Shown one piece after another: positions 5,592-12,356 of a DNA stretch of 13,842 nt. A program made the position numbers and the translations under genes. Source of the stretch: Candidatus Micrarchaeota archaeon (GTDB lineage: Archaea; Micrarchaeota; Micrarchaeia; Burarchaeales; JAKAKT01); assembly GCA_043815135.1 (NCBI GenBank), contig JBDRJJ010000077.1:1-13842 (forward strand), written 5' to 3'. The first letter of the stretch is position 1. Every line of letters starts with the position of its first letter. The notes beneath the pieces are model-generated. The model ran no database searches. It was not told the DNA's origin and worked only from the letters and a program-made list of their open reading frames with translations.

Positions 5592-6177
5592 ATTTATCCC
5601 TCGCCCATTTTTTCCTAAGCTGGTGTTTAAGATAAGCCGCCTTCTCCTCACGGGAAAGCGAATCGAAATTCACGTTGTCCCATAAGCTGGCAGTTTCAAC
5701 TTCAGTAATAGCGGGAGCAGCCTTGCTGCCCTGGCTTTTTTCCTCAACAATAATCGCGTTCTCCAGCTCCATAATCGGGTCGAAAGGCTCTGCTTTCTTC
5801 GGCATTTCGGGTCCCTGGGGCCCGCTCACGTCCCCGGGCAGCACTTTCCCAAGCGAATCCGCGCTCTCGCAAACCTTTGCCTCCGCCTCGCACTGAGTCG
5901 CATCCTGGGAGACCGCGATGTCTTTCAAGGAAAGCTTCGGTTCGTCTATCTCCCCGTTCTTGACTTTCCAGTAGTACATTTTCTCCATTTCAAGCTCAGC
6001 CCCTATCACGTCTGATGGCAGGCAATACCCAAGCTCCCTGACATTCCTTATGAACCCTTCCCAGTTGACGTGGTCCCAGGACCCATCATTGGCTCTCACA
6101 AAATCTTGCATGAGGTTGGAAGATTTGAGCCTCTCGAGCTCATCCGTATCGAAAGCTATCGCCGACTGCTCTTCCAT
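5470..6177 (-). CDS. Acidic hypothetical protein; the 3' end overlaps the MinD-like gene out of frame
   Basis: ATG at 6177. The ~190-aa body is acidic (WDHVNWEGFIRNVRELGY..., EMEKMYYWKVKNGE...) with no motif I recognise. The last ~40 codons (WARDKYDNNCGLRKRRGWKEQLCGEPWHC...) are an out-of-frame reading of the MinD P-loop region, so the true C-terminus is doubtful. Confidence 0.55.
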   Translation of the reverse strand: MEEQSAIAFDTDELERLKSSNLMQDFVRANDGSWDHVNWEGFIRNVRELGYCLPSDVIGAELEMEKMYYWKVKNGEIDEPKLSLKDIAVSQDATQCEAEAKVCESADSLGKVLPGDVSGPQGPEMPKKAEPFDPIMELENAIIVEEKSQGSKAAPAITEVETASLWDNVNFDSLSREEKAAYLKHQLRKKWARDKYDNNCGLRKRRGWKEQLCGEPWHCAIAIRSRCCDSGREPY

Positions 6178-6332
6178 CTTGTTTACCCCGGACTTTCAAA
6201 CTGGTCGCTAAAATTGTCCCTGCCGGGGTATTTAAGCATTTGCTTTCTTCCACTAATTTTCGAGGGAGAGAGCCAAAACGAATTAACGGTTCAAGCAGAG
6301 TCCCATAGCTTCAACGATTGCAAACGCTAAAC

Positions 6333-6340
6333 ATTTAAGT
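6333..6340 (+). promoter_or_regulatory. TATA-like box ATTTAAGT upstream of the hydrogenase operon
   Basis: Lies 34-41 nt upstream of the ATG at 6374, within a 196-nt divergent intergenic region. Confidence 0.35.
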
Positions 6341-6373
6341 TCATCCTGTTCCAATCATTTTGCTCGTGGTTAG

Positions 6374-7318
6374 ATGCACAGAATGGCGAAGGGCGACCTT
6401 TCAAAGTTTCTCGATTTCCTCTCGAAAAGAGGAGAGCTCATAGTTCCTGTGAAAAGGGACGGGGTTTCATTCTTCAAGGGTTACGAGAAGGGCGACAGGC
6501 TTTTCTTGGGCAAGGGAAATACGGACTATTCCCCGAAGCAGTTTTTCTTTCCATACAAAGAAGTAATGTATTATTACAGCAAGCAGGGGGACTTCGAGTG
6601 TGCGCAGAAGCCATCAAAGAGAATCCTCTTCGGGGTTCGGCCCTGCGACCTTCATGCAATTGCAGTGACCGACATGTTCTTTTCAGACGAGCCGGCGGAT
6701 CCGCACTACCATGAAAGAAGGAGGAACACCGCGCTCATTGCAGTCGACTGCACGACCCCCGGGAAGAACTGCTTCTGCGATTCGCTTGATAAAAGGAACC
6801 CAATCGGCCACGACATACTCATAACAGTCGACAAGGAATACTACCACGCAAGCTCTGCCACCCAGGAAGGGAAGAATATTCTCGAAGAGAGCGGACTATT
6901 TGCCGAAACAGATGACTCCCCCAAGATTAAGAAAATCCCATGCAAGAAGAAGGCCGAACCAGTCGACCAGTCCAAAGTCAAATGGGAAAAATGGGGGAAG
7001 GCGTGCTTTGCCTGCGCTGCATGCACAAGCGTCTGCCCCACCTGCACGTGCTTTGATGTGGAGGACGAGATTCAATTGAATGGGGGGAAGACCGAGAGGT
7101 CAAGGATTTGGGCGTCCTGCTTCACCAAGGATTTCACGACAGTGACTGGCGGCCACTGCTTCAGGCCGGAGAGGAAAGAGATGCTGAGGCAGTTTGTGAA
7201 TCACAAGTTCCCATATTTCAAGGAGAAGTTCGGTGTGACGATGTGCGTCGGCTGCGGGCGATGCATCACCGTTTGCACTGCAAAGATTGACATATCAAAA
7301 ATGATTAGCGGAAAATAA
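6374..7318 (+). CDS. hydB: Group 3b [NiFe]-hydrogenase (sulfhydrogenase) beta subunit, AsrA-like 4Fe-4S protein
   Basis: Two ferredoxin-type motifs, CFACAACTSVCPTC and CVGCGRCITVC, plus the CDLHAI and CTTPGKNCFC blocks. It is the first gene in a beta-gamma-delta-alpha order, as in the Pyrococcus hydBGDA operon. The start could be 6383 (MAKGD...). Confidence 0.8.
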   Translation: MHRMAKGDLSKFLDFLSKRGELIVPVKRDGVSFFKGYEKGDRLFLGKGNTDYSPKQFFFPYKEVMYYYSKQGDFECAQKPSKRILFGVRPCDLHAIAVTDMFFSDEPADPHYHERRRNTALIAVDCTTPGKNCFCDSLDKRNPIGHDILITVDKEYYHASSATQEGKNILEESGLFAETDDSPKIKKIPCKKKAEPVDQSKVKWEKWGKACFACAACTSVCPTCTCFDVEDEIQLNGGKTERSRIWASCFTKDFTTVTGGHCFRPERKEMLRQFVNHKFPYFKEKFGVTMCVGCGRCITVCTAKIDISKMISGK

Positions 7319-7355
7319 TTATGCAAAAATTGAATGGAATGTTGTAGGTGCTCGA

Positions 7356-8150
7356 ATGGAAGACCCGTATTTACCAAAGAAAGTGAAAATCCTCAAAATC
7401 ATACAGGAGACTTCCGACATCAAGACCTTCATTGTTGAGAACGTCCTCCCAGCGCATTCCCCCGGTCAGTTCGTAGAACTTACAGTTTACGGGGTTGGCG
7501 AGGCCCCAATCTCAATCTCGAGCGCCTACCCGGATATGATACTCACCGTGAAAAAACTCGGCACAGTGACGAGCGCCTTGTTCGAGCTAAGGGAGGGAGA
7601 CTGCATCGGCATTCGCGGCCCCTATGGCAAGGGGTGGCCGATGGAGCAACTGAAGAACAGGAACGCAATACTCATCTGCGGAGGAGTTGGGCTTCCGCCG
7701 CTGAGGGGGATAGTCTACTCGAGGCTCAAGGAAAAGAGCGGCTCGACCATTCTCTGCTACGGGGCGAGGACCCCGGAAGACATGGTCTACAGGAGCGAGC
7801 TTGAGGACTGGACCAAAAACGGAATTTCAGTTAATACCACTGTCGATACCTGCCCGATAGGCTGGAAAGGCAATGTCGGAGTCGTAACCTGCATCATGGA
7901 CAGGGCATTAACGAAGGACGAGAACGCAATATGCGTGATGTGCGGACCCCCGGTGATGATGAAGTTTGCGGCAAAGATGCTCATCGACAAGGGTTTTTCC
8001 AAGGACCAGATTTTCGTTTCATTGGAGAGGATGATGAAGTGCGGGGTCGGAAAGTGCGGCCACTGCATGGCGGGCGGAAAATGCGTCTGCAAGGAAGGAC
8101 CTGTTTTCAGGTTTGATGAACTGGAGGGTCTTCCGGAGAGAATGCTGTGA
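7356..8150 (+). CDS. hydG: Group 3b hydrogenase gamma subunit (FAD/NAD(P)-binding, 2Fe-2S; AsrB/PyrK-like)
   Basis: GQFVELTVYGVGEAPISISS is the flavin-binding barrel, CGGVGLPPLRG is the GGxGxxP nucleotide-binding motif, and the C-terminal CGVGKCGHCMAGGKCVCKEGPVF is the 2Fe-2S motif. An AGGTG lies 7 nt upstream of the ATG. Confidence 0.85.
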   Translation: MEDPYLPKKVKILKIIQETSDIKTFIVENVLPAHSPGQFVELTVYGVGEAPISISSAYPDMILTVKKLGTVTSALFELREGDCIGIRGPYGKGWPMEQLKNRNAILICGGVGLPPLRGIVYSRLKEKSGSTILCYGARTPEDMVYRSELEDWTKNGISVNTTVDTCPIGWKGNVGVVTCIMDRALTKDENAICVMCGPPVMMKFAAKMLIDKGFSKDQIFVSLERMMKCGVGKCGHCMAGGKCVCKEGPVFRFDELEGLPERML

Positions 8151-8154
8151 TAAC

Positions 8155-8919
8155 ATGAAGAAGAAAAGAGTCGCAATATTCAGCCTGACCTGCTGCGCGG
8201 GTTGCCAGCTTGAAGTTCTTGACAACCCGGAGCTATTGGACATGCTCGAACACATCGACATCGTCAAGTTTCCGATAGCGATTGCAAGGAACGAGCCGGG
8301 CCCTTATGACATCGTATTTGTTGAGGGAATGGTCACGACTCCGGGAGAGATAGAAATCGTAAAGCGGATTAGGGGCAGCGCAAGATTCCTCATCGCAATT
8401 GGCGCCTGCGCCTGCTACGGGGGAGTCCCGACAATAAGAAACATGCTCCCGCAGAGAGAAGCAGAGTCAATAGTCTATGGGGACAGGAACGAGCACATCC
8501 GCTCGATAAAGCCTACAGGGGTCTCCGAATACGTGAAGGCCGATTACCTGATTCACGGCTGCCCGATAAACAAAGACGAGTTCTCGCAGGTGGTGAAGGC
8601 CCTTCTTGCAGGCAAGCTCCCGCGGGCACACACGCATTCGGTCTGCGTAGAGTGCAAGGCAAAGGGAAACAAGTGCCTATTCAACGAGCAGATATGCATG
8701 GGGCCCATCTCAATTGCAGGCTGCGGGGCAACATGCCCCAGCAACGGCCTTGCCTGCTACTCGTGCCGGGGCCCGAAAGAGGACGCGAACGTGGATGAGT
8801 TCATAATTCTCGCAAGAAAGCAGGGATATCTCGATGCTGAAATCAGGGGACTCCTCCAAAAGTTCGCCTGCACGTCCAAGTACAAAAAATATCTCGAGTG
8901 CCTAGATGGCGAAAAGTGA
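8155..8919 (+). CDS. hydD: Group 3b [NiFe]-hydrogenase small (delta) subunit
   Basis: MKKKRVAIFSLTCCAGCQ, GACACYGG and HGCP match the proximal-cluster ligands of hydrogenase small subunits. CVECKAKGNKC and AGCGATCPSNGLACYSCRGP supply further clusters. I use the ATG at 8155, 4 nt after the gamma stop, rather than the track start at 8113, which overlaps gamma. Confidence 0.85.
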   Translation: MKKKRVAIFSLTCCAGCQLEVLDNPELLDMLEHIDIVKFPIAIARNEPGPYDIVFVEGMVTTPGEIEIVKRIRGSARFLIAIGACACYGGVPTIRNMLPQREAESIVYGDRNEHIRSIKPTGVSEYVKADYLIHGCPINKDEFSQVVKALLAGKLPRAHTHSVCVECKAKGNKCLFNEQICMGPISIAGCGATCPSNGLACYSCRGPKEDANVDEFIILARKQGYLDAEIRGLLQKFACTSKYKKYLECLDGEK

Positions 8920-8928
8920 GTTGTTCCT

Positions 8929-10194
8929 ATGGCGGTAATAAAACTTGACCACATCACAAAAATCGAAGGGCACGGCAGCCTGATTGCCAAGGTCGAGAAC
9001 GGTTTTGTTAGCGAGGTGGAGATGAGGGCCGAGGAAGGGGTTCGCTTCTTCGAGGCATTTGTGCGGGGCCGGAAGTTCCACGAGGTCCCGATACTCACTT
9101 CGCCGATTTGCGGGATATGCAGCCAAGCCCACGTGCTTGCGTCGATTTCAGCGATAGAGCGGGCAATCGGGGTGGAACCCTCGCAGCAGACGAAGGAGAT
9201 GCGCGAGCTCTTGAACATAGGTCAGTACATACAGAGCCACAACATCCATGCGCATTTTCTCGCACTTCCGGATTACCTAGGTTACGGTGACGCCATACAG
9301 ATGATGGACAAGCACGGGGATGCGGTAAGAAGGGCGCTGAAGTTCAAGAGGTGGGCGAGTTCGTTCTGCACCCTCATGGGCGGGAGGGACATGCACCCCG
9401 TGGCCGCGCAGGTGGGGGGATTCACGCATTTCCCGGACAAGAGGAGGCTCTCGGAGATGCTGAAGCTTTTGAAAGAACTGCGGCCAGAGGCAATGAAAGT
9501 CGCTGAGCTCTTCGGCTCTCTCCAATACCCTAAGTTCAAGAGGAAGAAGCCCTACGGCTCCCTTTCAGCAGACAAGGGCTATCCGCTAATCTCTGGTGAC
9601 ATAACCATCGGCTCGATGACGTTCAAGCCCCACGAATACAAGGACTACATTGTCGAGTCAATAAAACCTTATTCTCCGAGCAAGTACTCGCTTTTCAAGG
9701 GTGAGAGCTACTTTGTCGGTGCGCTTGCGAGGGTGAACAACAATCTCCCAAGGCTCTCTGACAACGCCAAGGTGGCAATCTCCCATTCCGAAATAAACTT
9801 CCCGAACGACAACACGTTCGCAAACAACTTTGCCCAGGCAATAGAAATAGTTCATTGCGTGGACAGGGCAATCGAGATACTCGAGAACGCAAATTTCAAG
9901 AAAGAACCCTGGGACCTGAAGAAGATAAAGGTTAATGACGGGAGGGGAGTAGGCACCGCCGAAGCCCCGCGCGGGACGCTCTACCACGATTACACGATAA
10001 GGAAAGGGCTCGTGGAGTCAGCAAACATAATCACCCCAACAGTTCAGAATCTCAACTGCATCGAGGACGACGTGAAAGCATTCCTGCCGGGAATTCTTGA
10101 AAAAGACGAGAAGACAGTAACCATGGAGCTCGAGAAGCTCGTCAGGGCTTTCGACCCCTGCTGCTCCTGCTCGGTTCATTTCATGAAAATCTAG
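8929..10194 (+). CDS. hydA: Group 3b [NiFe]-hydrogenase large (alpha) catalytic subunit
   Basis: N-terminal KIEGHG and PICGICSQAH (CxxC Ni-Fe ligands). C-terminal DPCCSCSVH (second CxxC) is followed by only FMKI before the stop. The 421-aa length fits the short group 3 large subunits. Confidence 0.9.
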   Translation: MAVIKLDHITKIEGHGSLIAKVENGFVSEVEMRAEEGVRFFEAFVRGRKFHEVPILTSPICGICSQAHVLASISAIERAIGVEPSQQTKEMRELLNIGQYIQSHNIHAHFLALPDYLGYGDAIQMMDKHGDAVRRALKFKRWASSFCTLMGGRDMHPVAAQVGGFTHFPDKRRLSEMLKLLKELRPEAMKVAELFGSLQYPKFKRKKPYGSLSADKGYPLISGDITIGSMTFKPHEYKDYIVESIKPYSPSKYSLFKGESYFVGALARVNNNLPRLSDNAKVAISHSEINFPNDNTFANNFAQAIEIVHCVDRAIEILENANFKKEPWDLKKIKVNDGRGVGTAEAPRGTLYHDYTIRKGLVESANIITPTVQNLNCIEDDVKAFLPGILEKDEKTVTMELEKLVRAFDPCCSCSVHFMKI

Positions 10195-10202
10195 GTGGGG
10201 GA

Positions 10203-10727
10203 ATGAAAGCAGATGCTTTCACAATTCTATTGTGCATTTTCTTTATCGGCTGTGCCACCAATAGCAACACGGAGGCGGTTCAGATGGGAGAACTCAAGAT
10301 TTCAAGCCAGGCTTTCAACCACAATGGAATGATTCCGGCGAAATTCACTTGCAAAGGGGAAAACATCAGCCCCGCGCTCGAGATTTCCGGAATCCCGAAT
10401 GGGGCAAAAAGCCTCGCCTTGATTGTGGACGACCCGGATGCTCCGATGGGAACGTGGGTGCACTGGGTAGTCTGGAACATCCAACCAATCCAAAAAATCG
10501 ATGAGGGCTCGGTGCCACCAGGCTCCTCCCAAGGGATAACTGACTTCGGGAAACCCGGGTATGGGGGGCCTTGCCCGCCTTCTGGGACCCATAGGTATTT
10601 CTTCAAGCTTTATGCTCTTGATTCTGTTCTGAACCTGCCGCCAACTTCTAAAAAATCAGACCTGGAGAATGCGATGAAGGGACACATCCTTGAGAAAGCG
10701 GAATTAGTGGGTTTGTTTTCGAAATAG
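10203..10727 (+). CDS. YbhB/YbcL (PEBP / Raf-kinase-inhibitor-like) family protein with a lipoprotein-type signal peptide
   Basis: DDPDAP, W.HW.V.N, GYGGPCPP.G.HRY.F.LYALD are PEBP hallmark motifs. The N-terminus, MKADAFTILLCIFFIGCATNS, is a hydrophobic core plus an FIGC lipobox-like motif. The start lies 8 nt after the hydA stop and is preceded by AGGTGGGGG. Confidence 0.85.
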   Translation: MKADAFTILLCIFFIGCATNSNTEAVQMGELKISSQAFNHNGMIPAKFTCKGENISPALEISGIPNGAKSLALIVDDPDAPMGTWVHWVVWNIQPIQKIDEGSVPPGSSQGITDFGKPGYGGPCPPSGTHRYFFKLYALDSVLNLPPTSKKSDLENAMKGHILEKAELVGLFSK

Positions 10728-11108
10728 TTCGCTCAGCAATTCCCCAACTTCCCCTACTGCCTCGCTTGCTTCCATCCCCCCGGGGATTCCCACAACCTTT
10801 ATCGCTTTTCCCTCTTTTGCAAGCAGCTTCAGATAAAACGCGACATCGATGTCATGCGCAGTAATCGTTCTCGAGGTTTTCAGCTCCTCCACATCCACAA
10901 ATCGAACCCGCTCGAGCCCCTTCACAACGTCAAGGACAACAACGGAATCCAGCTCGCTTGCGGAAAGTTTGTCAATCTCCCCGAAATCAAGCCCGCACTC
11001 GATAACCTCGAGCCCGCGGAGTTTTCTTTTTTTGATTATTTTTCCCACTTCGAGCGCAAGCCTGTCTTTTTCATTATGGGAATTGCCGAAGCAGAGCAGT
11101 TTCATCAT
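10704..11108 (-). CDS. Hydrogenase maturation endopeptidase (HycI/HybD-family-like)
   Basis: KLLCFGNSHNEKDRLALEVG matches the GNxxxxDD-type motif, VVVLDVV the second acidic ligand block, and TAHDIDVAFYLKLL the conserved His block. The 134-aa size and the location beside a hydrogenase operon also fit. The family is divergent, so this is motif-level only. Confidence 0.65.
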   Translation of the reverse strand: MMKLLCFGNSHNEKDRLALEVGKIIKKRKLRGLEVIECGLDFGEIDKLSASELDSVVVLDVVKGLERVRFVDVEELKTSRTITAHDIDVAFYLKLLAKEGKAIKVVGIPGGMEASEAVGEVGELLSELFRKQTH

Positions 11109-11117
11109 AACGGCCCC

Positions 11118-11867
11118 CTAACTCAGCACGTTTGCCTTGTTGAGGTTGAACATTCCGTATCCTACCGCAATAAGCGCCCAAGTGGAGAAAAGCACCAAGA
11201 AGAGCAGCTTCCACCACCTGCCTTTCGAGCGCTCAAGGTGGAAGTCGAACCCATGCGCGACTATGTGCGAGACCAAATAAATCGCCGCGACATTGATGAA
11301 GCCTTCCGCGCCCCGGGTCCAAGGATAAGAGAGCGCAATAACCGCAAGGACAAGGCCATGAATAAGGCTGTCCTTTACCCCGTGATTCACGGAAATCCTT
11401 AGCTGCGCAAGAAACGCAGTCACAAACAGAACTACCATGGCAGCAGCGAACATCGAGCCCATGGCCGAGATGTTCGTTCCCTGAATCCTGATTCCCAAAA
11501 AAAGCATCGCATACGGGGCAGCAATAATCGCAATCATCGAGCTCCAGCTTCTCATTGAGGGGAAAATCGAGTGGTAAGACCAGCTCTCGACAAAAATGCT
11601 CCTGCCTTTCGGGTCCTCGAACACCCTCCCAGCGTAGACGGACCTCTTCCCATACTTCTTTTTCTTGTCCTCAGTCCTTATGCGGGAGAGTACATTGTCC
11701 TCCCCATATGGCCCCTCATAGCCGCTCGGGGTTTCAATGCGCACATGGTCCTCGGGGATATCATACTCAGGGGTCTTGTTGCTCTTGGGCATGAACCCCC
11801 CCGCGCTGTTATCCCATTGGAAAGTCCAATCATCGGCCGTCTTTTTATTCCTACGTGCCCTCGCCAT
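11118..11867 (-). CDS. Hypothetical membrane protein (soluble basic N-domain plus ~5 TM helices containing His residues)
   Basis: ATG at 11867. The ~100-aa hydrophilic N-domain is followed by hydrophobic segments (MIAIIAAPYAMLFLGI, MGSMFAAAMVVLFVTAFLAQL, LIHGLVLAVIALSYPW, INVAAIYLVSHIVAHGF, WWKLLFLVLFSTWALIAVGYGMF). It ends 9 nt before the protease start on the same strand. No family recognised. Confidence 0.6.
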   Translation of the reverse strand: MARARRNKKTADDWTFQWDNSAGGFMPKSNKTPEYDIPEDHVRIETPSGYEGPYGEDNVLSRIRTEDKKKKYGKRSVYAGRVFEDPKGRSIFVESWSYHSIFPSMRSWSSMIAIIAAPYAMLFLGIRIQGTNISAMGSMFAAAMVVLFVTAFLAQLRISVNHGVKDSLIHGLVLAVIALSYPWTRGAEGFINVAAIYLVSHIVAHGFDFHLERSKGRWWKLLFLVLFSTWALIAVGYGMFNLNKANVLS

Positions 11868-11888
11868 CGATTAGTTGTAAAGCAAACA

Positions 11889-11898
11889 ATATAATAAA
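11889..11898. promoter_or_regulatory. A/T-rich box ATATAATAAA in the divergent spacer between the membrane-protein gene and the NfeD gene
   Basis: Lies ~22 nt from the minus-strand ATG at 11867 and ~20 nt from the plus-strand GTG at 11918. It is flanked by a short inverted repeat, AAACAA/TTGTTT (11884-11889 / 11901-11906). Confidence 0.3.
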
Positions 11899-11917
11899 CG
11901 TTGTTTCTAATTATTTC

Positions 11918-12352
11918 GTGGTTGATTTCGCTATAGGCAAGGTTTTTATCGTCGTGGGAACCCTAATGCTTGCAGGCGAGCTCGCAATTCCCGGTTTTTT
12001 CATGGGTGGGGTGGGGGTCGCATTCATTGTAGCAGGTGCCCTCATGGAATTGGGAATCAATTCCCCGGAATGGATTGCAACTGCAAGCATTCTGGCCGGC
12101 TTGTTCTCAATACTATTCTTTTATTTCGTGGGCAGGTGGCTCACAGGCCACGTCAAGGTCGCAACCGGCACAGAGTCCATAGTCGGGGCGAGGGGAAAGG
12201 TAATCGAGTCGCTTGATGAGGGCAAATGCGTTGTCAAGATAAAGGGCGAGGACTGGAGTGCTGAATGCGAGGGCAGGCTCAAGAAAGGGGAAAAGGTAGA
12301 GGTAACGGGACACGAGGGAGTCCACCTGACAGTTAAAAAAGCAGAGGACTGA
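11918..12352 (+). CDS. NfeD-family protein, short form (TM helices plus C-terminal OB-fold; no protease domain)
   Basis: Hydrophobic N-half (GELAIPGFFMGGVGVAFIVAGALMELG..., ILAGLFSILFFYFVGRWL). The C-terminal GARGKVIESLDEGKCVVKIKGEDWSAECEGRLKKGEKVEVTGHEGVHLTV is the typical NfeD OB-domain pattern. It sits directly upstream of an SPFH gene, the classic pairing. The start is ambiguous: GTG 11918, GTG 11954 or ATG 11966. The track start at 11855 would overlap the divergent gene. Confidence 0.75.
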   Translation: MVDFAIGKVFIVVGTLMLAGELAIPGFFMGGVGVAFIVAGALMELGINSPEWIATASILAGLFSILFFYFVGRWLTGHVKVATGTESIVGARGKVIESLDEGKCVVKIKGEDWSAECEGRLKKGEKVEVTGHEGVHLTVKKAED

Positions 12353-12356
12353 TGGA

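Noticed and set aside
5592-5651. GTG-initiated 20-codon extension of the MinD-like ORF (MRRRRLILNTSLGKNGRGIN)
   Set aside because: MinD-family proteins start a few residues before the P-loop. The ATG at 5591 has a GAGGG motif upstream. The extension is kept only as part of the frameshift/fusion hypothesis.
4942-5685. 247-aa plus-strand ORF
   Set aside because: It lies entirely antisense to the MinD-like gene, which has unambiguous Walker motifs. The translation is Ser/Thr/Pro-rich, typical of a shadow frame in a GC3-biased gene.
6070-6330. 86-aa plus-strand ORF spanning the acidic gene start and the intergenic region
   Set aside because: It lies antisense to the N-terminus of the acidic ORF, and I saw no motif or start context supporting it.
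6178-6373. Possible small RNA or tRNA in the 196-nt intergenic region (GGTTCAAGC resembles a T-loop; CCCCGG...CCGGGG 6-bp inverted repeat at 6187-6228)
   Set aside because: I could not build flanking T-arm, acceptor or anticodon stems around GGTTCAAGC. The inverted repeat is only 6 bp with a ~30-nt loop. The region is adequately explained as a divergent promoter region.
8113-8154. Track start of the hydrogenase small subunit at 8113 (MMNWRVFRRECCDN...)
   Set aside because: It overlaps the gamma subunit by 38 nt and adds non-family residues. The ATG at 8155 (MKKKRVAIFSLTCCAGCQ) is the family-typical N-terminus.
8757-9218. 153-aa minus-strand ORF across the hydD/hydA junction
   Set aside because: It lies antisense to two genes with unambiguous hydrogenase motifs and is a shadow ORF.
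10854-11402. 182-aa plus-strand ORF
   Set aside because: It lies antisense to both the endopeptidase and the 5-TM protein genes. It crosses their 9-nt junction and has no recognisable features.
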